Virus record (IMG/VR): IMGVR_UViG_3300027608_000016 | Span: 32,001 to 96,000 of that record | Length of the DNA stretch: 64,000 bases | Strand: one strand, 5' to 3' | Source of the DNA: a virus | Part shown: positions 20,653 through 30,691 of the stretch, piece after piece | How positions within the stretch are numbered: the first letter of the stretch is position 1 | Layout of the letters: the number at the start of each line of letters is the position of its first letter | Translations under genes and position numbers: made by a program | Notes under the pieces: model-generated | Told to the model about the DNA's origin: nothing | Databases searched by the model: none | What the model saw: the letters and a program-made list of their open reading frames with translations, nothing else

Positions 20653-20940
20653 ATGAATAACACATCATCTAATGAAATAATAGAATTATCTTTAACTAAA
20701 AAACAATGCAATGCCATTTTAGAAGCTTTGCTATTCTCTTCATCGGTTGATATATGTAGTGATTGGAAGGAAAAGCAATCAAAATTAGCAATCAATACAG
20801 TTAAAGATATAAACAAACAATTAAAAAACGATATAAATCTCGAAAATATATATCTGTTTAAAAACGAAGAGTATCATGATACTATAACAGAAGATATAGT
20901 TAAAGAACTATCAGGCTTTATAAGAGAAGAACACATCTAA
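20653..20940 (+). CDS. Hypothetical protein
   Basis: TTGAAA-N16-TATAAT upstream. Confidence 0.5.
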   Translation: MNNTSSNEIIELSLTKKQCNAILEALLFSSSVDICSDWKEKQSKLAINTVKDINKQLKNDINLENIYLFKNEEYHDTITEDIVKELSGFIREEHI

Positions 20941-20941
20941 C

Positions 20942-21136
20942 ATGAGTGAAGCGTATTACTTGTTCTTAGATGATGAACGAGATTTAAAAAATGTTAAATG
21001 GGTGGAGTTACCAAAAGATTATAGAAAATGGTATGTAGTTAATTCCATGAATCCAATAGGTAAGGAAAACATAATTTCATACATAGAACAATTTGTATCC
21101 CATCACGGCTTAAAAAGATTAGAAAATCTGTATTGA
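20942..21136 (+). pseudogene. Internally deleted cyclic-phosphate-processing receiver-like domain
   Basis: Keeps LFLDDER and SMNPIGKENI ends but lacks the central SFDHDLG/GYD core. Confidence 0.5.
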
Positions 21137-21167
21137 AATTCTCAGAGATAACGTTTAAATATAAAAT

Positions 21168-21803
21168 ATGAAAATAGCCTTTGTCAGCACTCATAGCAAC
21201 GGGAAAACTAAATTAGTTGAAGACTTTCTTCAAAGATGGCCAATGTATAAAAGAACAGAGTTCCAATATAGAGACGCCATAAAGGATAAAAAATTAAAAC
21301 TGAACCAAAAAGGCGATAAAAAAAGTCAGAAGATTATACTGGATGCGATGATTGACGAAATTCAATCAGCATCAGCATCCAACGATGAATTCATGGTTTT
21401 TGATGGATGTATAGTGGAAAATGTGGCATATTCTCTTTGGCTGAACTCTCAAGGTCTTGGTAAAGTAGATGATGATTTCATAAATGATTCTCGCGTGATA
21501 ATAAATCAAACCATTAAACAATTTGATTTGATTTTCTTCTCTCCATTAAGAGAAGAAATTAAATTGGGTAGAAAGGTATGTGACGAGAATCTTTCATACA
21601 GAAAAGAAATAAATTATATATTAGATGCTATGGTCAGCACATACGATAAAAATAAGGGCATATATTTCCCCATAAATGACTGTCCAGCAGTGATTAGACT
21701 TGAAGGCCCACCAGATTTGAGGGTGGAACAACTACATTTATACATTAAAAATAATGGCAAATGTTTCGGGGAAGAAGATGGAAGTTTAATCACCGCGCCA
21801 TAA
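21168..21803 (+). CDS. P-loop nucleotide kinase/AAA_28-like protein
   Basis: MKIAFVSTHSNGKT (degenerate Walker A), Q..ILD, FD.C..EN.AY. Confidence 0.65.
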   Translation: MKIAFVSTHSNGKTKLVEDFLQRWPMYKRTEFQYRDAIKDKKLKLNQKGDKKSQKIILDAMIDEIQSASASNDEFMVFDGCIVENVAYSLWLNSQGLGKVDDDFINDSRVIINQTIKQFDLIFFSPLREEIKLGRKVCDENLSYRKEINYILDAMVSTYDKNKGIYFPINDCPAVIRLEGPPDLRVEQLHLYIKNNGKCFGEEDGSLITAP

Positions 21804-21830
21804 TATCACTAAAAACAATAAATATATAAT

Positions 21831-22067
21831 ATGTCTAATTCATTAAAAAATATTTACACTAAACAGGTTTTATTAAAAGAAGAGGGTGTCAAAACCTCCA
21901 AATTGGAAGATTCCGATCTGACAAAATCTAGAGATGTTTTATCTACTTCAATGAAAAACATTATAACGATGATAGATAAACCTACAGATAAAATAGAAGA
22001 GTTGTTGGAGTATATTCGTGAGGAAGCTATGACTGCCATGATTGATTCTGGTGTAGAAAAAGACTAG
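21831..22067 (+). CDS. Small late protein with leader
   Basis: TAAATA upstream; MSNSLKNIYTKQVLLKE. Confidence 0.55.
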   Translation: MSNSLKNIYTKQVLLKEEGVKTSKLEDSDLTKSRDVLSTSMKNIITMIDKPTDKIEELLEYIREEAMTAMIDSGVEKD

Positions 22068-22428
22068 ATTGTTATTGACTTTATGGTTGGAAGAGGTAGA
22101 ATACCTGTCCAATATGAAAATAAACAATACAATCGTAATCAAATCAATCCAAGATATTGCAGGAGTTAAAACATCTCTCGCAAATGCATCCAGAGAAGTT
22201 AAAAGTTTTCTAGTGGAGAATTATATAAACCATTCGAAATACACCTTTTTGGGGTGTGTAGATAGAACTTGTGACGCTATTCTCGTTGCTAGATATCATA
22301 ATGTTAGAGATTTCGGTGGTCGATTTGCCAAAGTTAAAATTGCTCGATAAACAGGTGTAAAACCATAATAATAAAGATTTTATATGACGCCTTCTCCTTT
22401 TTTAAAAGACGTTTGTATAATTAAAGGT

Positions 22429-22998
22429 ATGGCGAAACCCGAAAAACCGAAGAAAAATGAAGATGATACAACACGTTTAAATCCTAGGAAAAATTCCATA
22501 ACATGCATTTTAACTGGTAAAGTATTCAATTACAGTAAAGCCAAATTAGAAAAGGAAGCGAAGAAATTAAAATTTTCCACAGTCGAAGAATATGTTGAAT
22601 ATTACATATGCAAAGACGCTAGAAAACTTTTAAAAGAGGGATTCAAAGAGGGAGACATAAGAAAGAAATATAGTTGCGAAATATCTAAATATATACCTTT
22701 AAACATATTGAAATGTTACGTTAAAAAATTCAAAAACAGAGAGAAAATTGAACGTAAACAGAAGAAAGCACTGATTAAAGATATAATAGAAAGTAATAGC
22801 AGAACCATAGAAAACTACTCTATCAATCGTGATGTTAAAAGAGATTCATACGATCTTAATAAAGCAGAGCATGTTGCTATTTTGACAAGGGGTGCATGTT
22901 GGCGACCCGATTACTATCTTGATAATGATAGAACTTGCGTAGTGTGTCCACTCTTTAAAGATTGTGAATGTAGAATAAAAAAGATGCCCAAAAAATAA
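22429..22998 (+). CDS. Hypothetical protein with C-terminal Cys cluster
   Basis: CWRPD...CVVCPLFKDCEC; TATAAT 7 nt upstream of ATG. Confidence 0.6.
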   Translation: MAKPEKPKKNEDDTTRLNPRKNSITCILTGKVFNYSKAKLEKEAKKLKFSTVEEYVEYYICKDARKLLKEGFKEGDIRKKYSCEISKYIPLNILKCYVKKFKNREKIERKQKKALIKDIIESNSRTIENYSINRDVKRDSYDLNKAEHVAILTRGACWRPDYYLDNDRTCVVCPLFKDCECRIKKMPKK

Positions 22999-22999
22999 T

Positions 23000-23806
23000 A
23001 TGTTCAAAGATTTATTAAGTTTACAAGTTTTTAATAAGATTACATTTTTTGAAAAGGGTCACAAATACACAGTAGATGGGAAACTTGCTCCAATGTCAGT
23101 TTCTAAATTGATTGGATGTTACGAACCAGAATTCGCCACAGACGAGATATCAAAAAGAAAGGCACATCAATTGGGCGTATCACAAGAAGAGATACTTGAA
23201 ATATGGAGAATAAAAAACCTGTTTTCCACACAACAGGGAACAATACTACACTATTACATAGATAATTATTTCAGGAATAGAATATCTTCCTTTGAAGACA
23301 TTGATAAAAATCACGACTCTTTTGACGCAGAAACGAAAAGTAAACTGAGAAACAATTTAAAAATCCTGATAGGATATTTCGATAATTTCTATAACGATCA
23401 TAAACACCTTTTACCGATTAAAAACGAATTCGTGTTGGGAGACATAGACGACACTAATATTTGTGGAACGTTAGACCTTTTAGTTTATAACACTCGAATA
23501 GGGGAATATGAAATATATGATTTCAAAACCAATAGAGAGTTTAAAATGAAAAGCGAATACAATAATAAATTTCTAGAACCAGTATCGCATTTGGATGTCT
23601 GTGAAAATGATATATATGCTCTGCAAATGTCCTTGTATCAATTGCTTTTGGAAAAGTATACAACCATAAAGATTGCAGGTAATTATGCCGTTTGGTTTTA
23701 TTCCAAGAATGATAATTATAAAATCTTTAAAATGGAAGATAGAAGAAAAGAAGCTGGTCTATTGCTTCAACATGTAAAATCCACTATTTCAATTTCAAAA
23801 CAGTGA
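23000..23806 (+). CDS. PD-(D/E)XK exonuclease (RecB/Cas4-like)
   Basis: H.Y, GTILH, E, CGTLDLL, IYDFKTN, YALQMSLY. Confidence 0.85.
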   Translation: MFKDLLSLQVFNKITFFEKGHKYTVDGKLAPMSVSKLIGCYEPEFATDEISKRKAHQLGVSQEEILEIWRIKNLFSTQQGTILHYYIDNYFRNRISSFEDIDKNHDSFDAETKSKLRNNLKILIGYFDNFYNDHKHLLPIKNEFVLGDIDDTNICGTLDLLVYNTRIGEYEIYDFKTNREFKMKSEYNNKFLEPVSHLDVCENDIYALQMSLYQLLLEKYTTIKIAGNYAVWFYSKNDNYKIFKMEDRRKEAGLLLQHVKSTISISKQ

Positions 23807-24149
23807 AATATATAATCAATGTTGTTATATATACTGGAAAGGCGTTAATGTCTCTCTCCAATAGAATTGACAATATCATACCTAAACATACAGGACAAGA
23901 TATCAATTTAATGAAAAATTTGCATACTCTGTTTTCCACCACTAAACGTTTAGAGAAAATATATTGATGTATCGGTTTGTTTTCACCGTTTTCTAGAAAA
24001 TCTTTTATCAGAAAATCTAATTTAAACAATTTCAGATATTCCACTAAGGAATCCGTATTAAACCATAAAAACAATATGGTTGAAACTATACAAGCATCTT
24101 TAAAAATGTATTCCACTATCATATATATCGAAATATCACTTAATTTCAA
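23784..24149 (-). CDS. Small membrane protein with CxxC
   Basis: Hydrophobic segments; KLISCPVCLG. Confidence 0.5.
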   Translation of the reverse strand: MKLSDISIYMIVEYIFKDACIVSTILFLWFNTDSLVEYLKLFKLDFLIKDFLENGENKPIHQYIFSKRLVVENRVCKFFIKLISCPVCLGMILSILLERDINAFPVYITTLIIYFTVLKLK

Positions 24150-24187
24150 GAAAATTGGTGTATCTGAGATAAATAATCTTACTACAT

Positions 24188-24616
24188 ATGAAATTTGACG
24201 CTCTTTACAAGAAAATATACGAACAGGAAGGTGGGGTTCCTAATCCTAATGATATTAAGGTTGAACCTGCACCAGTTCCAACGTCAGTTCAACCAGTAAA
24301 CGGAGAAATTCCTCCTAGTGCTGATGCAAACGGTGCTGCTGGCGCAAAAACCCTTATTGATTACGTTACATTGCTAGACAATGCAATAGATGCCCTAAAC
24401 GGAACAGAAACCGATTCTTTACAGCGTTTACTGAAGGTTTTGGACAAACAAGGAACAGCTTTTGAGGGCATATCCGATGAACTATGGCACGAAATAAACC
24501 GCGCTGCTGAATCAATTGTTGGTGTCACCACAATGCTAAAGGGTTATATTAACCTTTACGCACCAGAAACGGCTGCTGCTCCTGCTCCTGCTCCAGAACA
24601 ACCAATAGAACAATAA
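24188..24616 (+). CDS. Late protein with leader, putative head protein
   Basis: TAAATA upstream; MKFDALYKKIYE. Confidence 0.65.
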   Translation: MKFDALYKKIYEQEGGVPNPNDIKVEPAPVPTSVQPVNGEIPPSADANGAAGAKTLIDYVTLLDNAIDALNGTETDSLQRLLKVLDKQGTAFEGISDELWHEINRAAESIVGVTTMLKGYINLYAPETAAAPAPAPEQPIEQ

Positions 24617-24676
24617 CGCTGATTCTCTTGCTGCTACCGATTGCTGGCGGCTGAGTCCTGAGAGGATGCTTATATC

Positions 24677-24710
24677 TTGATTTTCTACAAACATGTGTTA
24701 ACATGTTCAT
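24677..24710 (+). promoter_or_regulatory. Sigma70-like promoter, leaderless arrangement, for primase
   Basis: TTGATT-N16-TAACAT-N6-ATG. Confidence 0.6.
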
Positions 24711-25706
24711 ATGGAACTCCCATATAGTTATATAATACAACAAATCTACACCTATTGTAGAAGACCATTATATAAAAAATCTAATGGGATATACAATGCA
24801 GAGTGTTGTATTTGCAATGAAGGCACTAGCAGTGGTAAAAAAAGAAGGTTGTTTTATTACCCTAAAGAACATAGATTTCAATGTTTCAATTGTTCTAAAT
24901 CTTGGACTGAAATAAATTGGTTGAAATTGGTTAGTCGTAAAAGCTTTTTAGATATCAAAAAGGAGTCGGCAAGTTACGAAAATACACCAACTACTCATAT
25001 AGACACGAGTAAAACTGAAGAAAGACAGATACCTCCAATACCTTTTGACAGTGTTAATTTAACAGATAATGAATCTTGTGAGTTTTATATCAACAAAGGA
25101 GGAAAATATTCAGCTATAAAAAAGGCTATAGAATATTGTAATAAACGAAGATTGTTTACTGCTATTAACAAACCCAAGTCTATATATTTCTCGTTTAATG
25201 ATTTTATACATAAGAACAGAATAATAATACCGTTTTATTCTATGGACGGTAAGGTGTCTTATTATCAAAGTAGAACATTAAATTCTGATGAATATCCGAA
25301 ATATTTGAGTAAAGGTGGATGTAAAACATTATACGGAATTTACAATGTAGATGTAGATATTCCGTATTTGTTTTTATTTGAAGGTGCTATTGATGCAATG
25401 TTCGTGAAGAATGGATTAGCAATGTCAGGATTAGAATTAACATTAGAACAATCCAAGGAACTTTCGAGATTCTTAGGAATGGAGGTAATCTATGTGTTCG
25501 ACAACGATAAAGACAATAAAGAGGTAGCAGATAAAATCCGTAAAGCTATTAAGTCAGGTAAAAGAATTTTCGTGATGCCAGATAAATTCGACAAATATAA
25601 AGACATAAACGAAATTTGCACCAGTTTAAAGATAGACGAATTCCCTTGGAAGTTTATAGTAGAAAACTCGTATGAGGGTGCTAGAGCCTTATTGAAGTCA
25701 GGATAA
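24711..25706 (+). CDS. gp61: DNA primase (T4 gp61-like)
   Basis: Zn ribbon CCIC...CFNC, RIIIPFY, YQSR, PKY, TOPRIM FEGAIDAMF, FDND, KDINE. Confidence 0.92.
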   Translation: MELPYSYIIQQIYTYCRRPLYKKSNGIYNAECCICNEGTSSGKKRRLFYYPKEHRFQCFNCSKSWTEINWLKLVSRKSFLDIKKESASYENTPTTHIDTSKTEERQIPPIPFDSVNLTDNESCEFYINKGGKYSAIKKAIEYCNKRRLFTAINKPKSIYFSFNDFIHKNRIIIPFYSMDGKVSYYQSRTLNSDEYPKYLSKGGCKTLYGIYNVDVDIPYLFLFEGAIDAMFVKNGLAMSGLELTLEQSKELSRFLGMEVIYVFDNDKDNKEVADKIRKAIKSGKRIFVMPDKFDKYKDINEICTSLKIDEFPWKFIVENSYEGARALLKSG

Positions 25707-25710
25707 GGTG

Positions 25711-26022
25711 TTATTTGCCCTCTTCTGAGTCTTCTACAGCCTCTTCTGAGGGTAATATAGCTTCTGGAATGTCAGTGGAGCGTAAATCCCCATCAAAGCC
25801 ATTTAATCGAAAATCTACAGCTTTCGTGAATTTCTCACGGAGATTTTTAATTGGACGCATCTCTCCATTCTCTTCTATGACTTTAAGGCGATTATATTCG
25901 GATTTGAGAGATTCTAAGAACTCTTTGGAGAATTTCATTTCTCTTGGGTATATAGTTCTTTTTATTAATTTTAATGATGTTGGGTATGTGCTTTCAAAAA
26001 GCTCTGTGAATTTATCAGTCAT
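25711..26022 (-). CDS. Hypothetical protein, leader-like N-terminus
   Basis: MTDKFTELFE... Confidence 0.5.
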   Translation of the reverse strand: MTDKFTELFESTYPTSLKLIKRTIYPREMKFSKEFLESLKSEYNRLKVIEENGEMRPIKNLREKFTKAVDFRLNGFDGDLRSTDIPEAILPSEEAVEDSEEGK

Positions 26023-26038
26023 ATTTTTATTGTTTAGT

Positions 26039-27172
26039 TTAGAACATTGCTCCGAAGGCTTGTCCAGCAGTTTTAAATCTTTCTGAGAAATCTGATTTTT
26101 CTTTAATTTCTTGGGCATAAATAGATATCGCATTATAGATTTCTGGTGCTATAGATTTACAATCTTCGACTTTTTGTATAGAATTCAATTTTCTTTGGTC
26201 GTAATTTGCGTCAGGTGTTTTACCAGTTTCAGTAACATCAGGTATTTCAACACTTTTAAGTTCAATATTCGTAACACCATTTAATAATTGGATATAACCT
26301 TTTTGCAACTGGAAATCTTTTTTTCTTGCTAACTCGCTCCCAACAACAGTAGCATCTTCTCCGACATTTTTATCTATCAGTTTATTTTTTTCTATGTTAT
26401 CAATATACCAAGATATTATACTTTCTACACAAGTTAATAAACCACGAGATAAAGAAACATCCATTGATTTTTTACCTCTGGCATAATCTAGAGGATAATA
26501 TATTATATCCAATACACTTTTCTCATTATAATTAAATTTTTGGGTTTTACTTTTTATTTTAGTTATTTCTAAAAGTGTTTGTAATATTGTTTTGTTACTA
26601 TATTCATTTATTGCAATTCCGCTTCCTGTTTGATTAAATAATTGTCTAAGTCTAGGAGATTTAAAATCGGCTTCATCATAATCTGTAAACTTTACAGTTG
26701 TTAACATTTGCCATTTTAATTCTTTATTTAATTCTGCTAATCCATAAGCTTTATATTTTGCACCTTTTGAACCTTTTGAAGTATTATTAACAAAGTTCAA
26801 AATGTGGCTGCCCTTTGAATTTTCATCCAACAATGCAGATATACTTGTATTACCATTTCTTTCCGCTAAAGTCCAAAGGGAATATCCTAAATCTAGGAAC
26901 GGAAAATTCTGTCTTTCTCTTAATAATTCAAGTTTACTTGCATATTTTTGTCCTCCTCTACCTAAAGAAGACCCGGTTTGTAATAAAGATTTAAGTTGAT
27001 CCGCTTTGAGAGTCATATTATTAGCTGTTGCTATAGCTATTAACTCTTTATAAAATGTATCTGTCATTTCGAGGCTGGTTTTAATTTTAGTTTTAATTTT
27101 AGTTTTTTTCTTCCCTTTAGCCTCATTTAAAACCAAAAGCTCTGATTCTACCATTTTCGTGAAATTCATCAT
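26039..27172 (-). CDS. Late protein with leader
   Basis: TAAATA upstream; MNFTKMVESELLVLNE. Confidence 0.65.
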   Translation of the reverse strand: MMNFTKMVESELLVLNEAKGKKKTKIKTKIKTSLEMTDTFYKELIAIATANNMTLKADQLKSLLQTGSSLGRGGQKYASKLELLRERQNFPFLDLGYSLWTLAERNGNTSISALLDENSKGSHILNFVNNTSKGSKGAKYKAYGLAELNKELKWQMLTTVKFTDYDEADFKSPRLRQLFNQTGSGIAINEYSNKTILQTLLEITKIKSKTQKFNYNEKSVLDIIYYPLDYARGKKSMDVSLSRGLLTCVESIISWYIDNIEKNKLIDKNVGEDATVVGSELARKKDFQLQKGYIQLLNGVTNIELKSVEIPDVTETGKTPDANYDQRKLNSIQKVEDCKSIAPEIYNAISIYAQEIKEKSDFSERFKTAGQAFGAMF

Positions 27173-27206
27173 ATTATTATTTAACGTTTTCGATAAGTAT
27201 TTCTAT

Positions 27207-27668
27207 ATGAAAAAGGGAAGAGGGTTTAAACAGGGAATATTCAAGCCAAATAATCCCGCTAAATATAATGGAAGTTTACCTATTATATATCGTTCTTCTT
27301 ACGAACTGATATTTTTTAGGTGGTTAGATAGTAATCCTAGAGTTGTATGTTGGGGTAGTGAATCTGTGATAATACCGTATCAAGACCCTTTATCACCAGT
27401 TAAAAAGCTTAGGAGATACTTTGTAGATAACAGCGTAACCATTAGAAACGATAAAGGCGAACATAAAAAATATCTAATAGAGATTAAGCCTTATTGTCAA
27501 ACTATACCGCCACAGGTTAAAAGGCATACTAAATCCACTCCTAGACAACAAGCTACATATATTAAAAACATAGCAAAATGGAAAGCTGCGGTAGAATGGT
27601 GTGATAAAAAGGGGGATGTTAAATTCATGCTTATAACCGAAAAGGAACTATCTTCTTTGAGAATTTAA
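27207..27668 (+). CDS. gp4: Head completion nuclease (T4 gp4, TnsA-like)
   Basis: FKP.NP.KY.G, YRSSYE, WGSE..IPY, RYFVD, IEIKP, N.AKW.AA, ITE; TAAGTA upstream. Confidence 0.9.
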   Translation: MKKGRGFKQGIFKPNNPAKYNGSLPIIYRSSYELIFFRWLDSNPRVVCWGSESVIIPYQDPLSPVKKLRRYFVDNSVTIRNDKGEHKKYLIEIKPYCQTIPPQVKRHTKSTPRQQATYIKNIAKWKAAVEWCDKKGDVKFMLITEKELSSLRI

Positions 27669-27799
27669 TCTGGTAGAGCTATATCACGCTTCTTATTTTT
27701 AACGTTTTTTCCTTTTTTGGTGTTCCAATTAATGTCATCAAAATTAGAATTGAATTTTCTAATGTTGGTCGGTCTTTGTTTTGATCCTTTTCCTGCCAT
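27665..27799 (-). CDS. Small phage protein (44 aa)
   Basis: MAGKGSKQRPTN...NFDDINW motif. Confidence 0.55.
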   Translation of the reverse strand: MAGKGSKQRPTNIRKFNSNFDDINWNTKKGKNVKNKKRDIALPD

Positions 27800-27833
27800 A
27801 ATATATTCTAATTTATCCTAGAGTTTTTGAATA

Positions 27834-28181
27834 TCAAGCTGTTTCGAAAAGATTTATATCCATTTTATCCCCATTCAACTTCCCTATTACTAGGACATTC
27901 TTACCTGTTAATTCGTTGTAACTTATGGCATACGCATCCACCATGTTCCTTACATCTTGTGGTGTAGGCATATTATAACCAGTCTTTTTACTAGAATTGT
28001 CAATTGCTTTATAAAGATTAGAAAGGTTGATTACTCCTTCAGAAATACTTTCCGAGGATTTCTTATAATCATCTGGTGTTAAAGTTCCATCCATATAATC
28101 AGTGGATTGAGCCATTACATCATTTTCTATTTTACTCAAAGCCTGTTTAATTTTGTTCAATTTTTCAGATTCTTCTTCCAT
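27834..28181 (-). CDS. Hypothetical protein
   Basis: ORF in operon arrangement. Confidence 0.5.
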   Translation of the reverse strand: MEEESEKLNKIKQALSKIENDVMAQSTDYMDGTLTPDDYKKSSESISEGVINLSNLYKAIDNSSKKTGYNMPTPQDVRNMVDAYAISYNELTGKNVLVIGKLNGDKMDINLFETA

Positions 28182-28182
28182 A

Positions 28183-28731
28183 TTACAATATTTTGAAGAA
28201 TTTTAGCACACCCGCTAAAAAAATCAACCCGCCAATCGCCATTCTCAGAATGAATATTGTATGTTTTTGTGCATCGATTATTTTCTTATCACTCTCAATT
28301 CGTAGAATCATTTCGTTGGTGACTTTCTTTTGATTGTCTAATTGAACGTTTACTTCTACTACCTGATGTTCTAAAGTTAGTTTATCCTTTTTCAATTGTT
28401 CTGCAACCTCTTTAGTTTCGAGAAGTGCATTATATTCATCTGAACCAGTTATTACAATTTTTTGATCTTTGAATTTTTCTGGTATTATTAAACGTCTCTG
28501 TTTATTTACAGTTATAGATTCTATTTTTATTCTGTCTTTGAGACTTGGAGGTATGACAATTCTGCAAACCTCATTTAAATACGATTCAGTATACTCGAAT
28601 CTCCCTACATCAAATGAATCCTTTGCAGCATATACTGAAACTGACAAAGCCTTGGATTGTTTTTCCACATACTTAGTATTAACACATGAAGATGTTAACA
28701 ATAGCATTATGGCCAATAAAAGGGGTTTCAT
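28183..28731 (-). CDS. Lipoprotein with C-terminal TM helix, candidate unimolecular spanin
   Basis: Lipobox LLLTSS-C16, coiled coil, C-term IFILRMAIGGLIFLAGVL. Confidence 0.55.
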   Translation of the reverse strand: MKPLLLAIMLLLTSSCVNTKYVEKQSKALSVSVYAAKDSFDVGRFEYTESYLNEVCRIVIPPSLKDRIKIESITVNKQRRLIIPEKFKDQKIVITGSDEYNALLETKEVAEQLKKDKLTLEHQVVEVNVQLDNQKKVTNEMILRIESDKKIIDAQKHTIFILRMAIGGLIFLAGVLKFFKIL

Positions 28732-28733
28732 TT

Positions 28734-28964
28734 TTATTTTTTCTTTTTAAATTTTAACCAGAAAGGGGGCTTCTTAGAAGATTTTTTAGAGTCCTTCTTA
28801 GAGTCCTTTTTATCTTCTGGTTTATCTTTCTTATCTTTTTTGTCGTCTTTGTCCTCGTCTTTGTCTTTACCTTTACCTTTACCTTTACCTTTTTTAAATT
28901 TTTCCCAAAATTTAGGTTTTTTGGCTTCAGCTAAAAGTTGGTTGCATAATAGTTCAAATTTCAT
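28734..28964 (-). CDS. Small Lys/Asp-rich late protein with leader
   Basis: TAAATA upstream; MKFELLCNQLLAE. Confidence 0.65.
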   Translation of the reverse strand: MKFELLCNQLLAEAKKPKFWEKFKKGKGKGKGKDKDEDKDDKKDKKDKPEDKKDSKKDSKKSSKKPPFWLKFKKKK

Positions 28965-29206
28965 ATATTTTAATTATTTATCGATGTTTGTCTTTTTTAA
29001 CTTCAATTTTACTGATTTTGTTTTAGGTTTCTCCAATGAAAGTCTGATATCCAACAATTCGTCAATATCTTGAAAAATTCGAATCTTCTCTTCAGGGTAT
29101 TTTTCCAAACAACCTCTGCACATATCTAATAAATAATCGACTTGGGAAATATTCACAAACATATTTATTGATTTTAAGTGGGGAATATGTTAACATTGTA
29201 ACTATT

Positions 29207-30190
29207 ATGGGAGGAAAAGCATTAAAAAACACATATACTAGACGGTATTCTTCTGAGGAGTTTCATACTTTAAAGGATGAAATGGAGTCTCTATTGTCTA
29301 ACGGTCTTAAAAAATTTCATATATTCACAGGATGGAAAAACAAAACAGATTTTGGAGATATGGACGTTTTAGTATTGTCAGAAACCAATTCAGGAGAAGA
29401 TTTGACTGCTTTCATAAAAAACACTTTTAATCCTTCTGAAATATTTAAAAATGGAGATTGTATATCTTTCGACTATAAGGAATTTCAGATCGATTTCATA
29501 AAGTCGTCTGTTGAAGATTGGGAAACTCAAAAGGTGTATTTACTGTATGGTGATTTAGGAAATTTAGTAGGAAGGCTATATAATTTCAGATACAATTTAA
29601 AGTATGGTCACAAAGGAGTATCGTTCACAGTTAAAGACGACACGAATAATCAATCATACGAAGATTGGATTGTTTCTAGAACACCTGAAAGAATATTTAA
29701 AAATATTGGGCTTAGTTGGGAAAAATTTCAAAAAGGATTTGATACTAAAGAAGAAGTTTTTGAATATGTTATAAACTCTCCGTTTTTCAACTCTGCAATA
29801 TTTGATTTTGAAAACTTGAATCATATAAATAGAGTCAGAAATCGCAAGAGGGATTTCTATAACAGTTTCTTAGATTATATAAAAGATATACCCAAGAAAC
29901 CTATAATAGAATTCAATTCTGTAGAAACGTTAAAAATGGTGCAGGAGGTTTGGGGAGGATTGGAAAATGATTCTGATCCTACACCTCTAGTGGAAAGATA
30001 TGAAAATTTCATATACGATAAACGCCTTAGACAATTAATCAAAAACAAAGTAGTAGGAATAGTTAGAGGGCTAGGCTATGAAAATAAACAGTTGGGAGAA
30101 AAAATAAAAACGCTCACACCTTGGATGGAATCTAAATTAAAATGTTTAGATTCTGAGTCTTTATTGTCCGATATTAAAAGCATAATTTAA
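29207..30190 (+). CDS. Pol-beta superfamily nucleotidyltransferase
   Basis: MGG.AL, K.DFGDMDVL, FQIDFI, YGDLGNL.G. Confidence 0.7.
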   Translation: MGGKALKNTYTRRYSSEEFHTLKDEMESLLSNGLKKFHIFTGWKNKTDFGDMDVLVLSETNSGEDLTAFIKNTFNPSEIFKNGDCISFDYKEFQIDFIKSSVEDWETQKVYLLYGDLGNLVGRLYNFRYNLKYGHKGVSFTVKDDTNNQSYEDWIVSRTPERIFKNIGLSWEKFQKGFDTKEEVFEYVINSPFFNSAIFDFENLNHINRVRNRKRDFYNSFLDYIKDIPKKPIIEFNSVETLKMVQEVWGGLENDSDPTPLVERYENFIYDKRLRQLIKNKVVGIVRGLGYENKQLGEKIKTLTPWMESKLKCLDSESLLSDIKSII

Positions 30191-30202
30191 TAAGTATTAT
30201 AT

Positions 30203-30691
30203 GTGAAGAGTTTGATAGAAAATTTATACTCTACTGAAGAGTGCAACGCTATTAAAAAGTTGTATAAGGATGACCCCACCACTCATAGATTGTTGTATAA
30301 AGCATTTTCAGATAAAATATTAACCTCGTCAAATATATTCATAGAATCGAAACCATTGGACGTTTTATCTTTTATTTGTATGGGCAGCACATTCGCCAAA
30401 TCTGAAGTGGAATGTCAAACTGTTGCCGTTATAGTATATAGACAACTTAAATCCGAATCTCCTCTTCCTTATATCACAGAAGATACTGGAATAGTATTTG
30501 CTGAAAAAACTTTGATATCTTTAGCCCTCTTCAAAGCCGCTATGGATAGAAGAACTGATTTATATGGGGCACCAAGTCCAGAATATTATAGAGGAATATC
30601 TAAAGAAATATTCATAAAAAATAACCATGAAGACATTTCAGAAAATCATGAAAAGTGGGAGAATTTTTTGCATGAATTGTTACTAACTTAA
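30203..30691 (+). CDS. Hypothetical protein
   Basis: 162-aa ORF, TAAGTA upstream. Confidence 0.5.
   Translation: MKSLIENLYSTEECNAIKKLYKDDPTTHRLLYKAFSDKILTSSNIFIESKPLDVLSFICMGSTFAKSEVECQTVAVIVYRQLKSESPLPYITEDTGIVFAEKTLISLALFKAAMDRRTDLYGAPSPEYYRGISKEIFIKNNHEDISENHEKWENFLHELLLT

Noticed and set aside
23000-23806. Cas4 as part of a CRISPR system
   Set aside because: No Fe-S cysteine cluster, array or other cas genes; it looks like an ordinary phage PD-(D/E)XK exonuclease.
24617-24670. GC-rich intergenic hairpin as an ncRNA
   Set aside because: Only about 50 nt with an imperfect stem; more likely a terminator or processing site and cannot be supported further.
27207-27668. TnsA transposase / Tn7-like element
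   Set aside because: Motifs and T4-like context match gp4 head completion protein; no TnsB/C or transposon ends.
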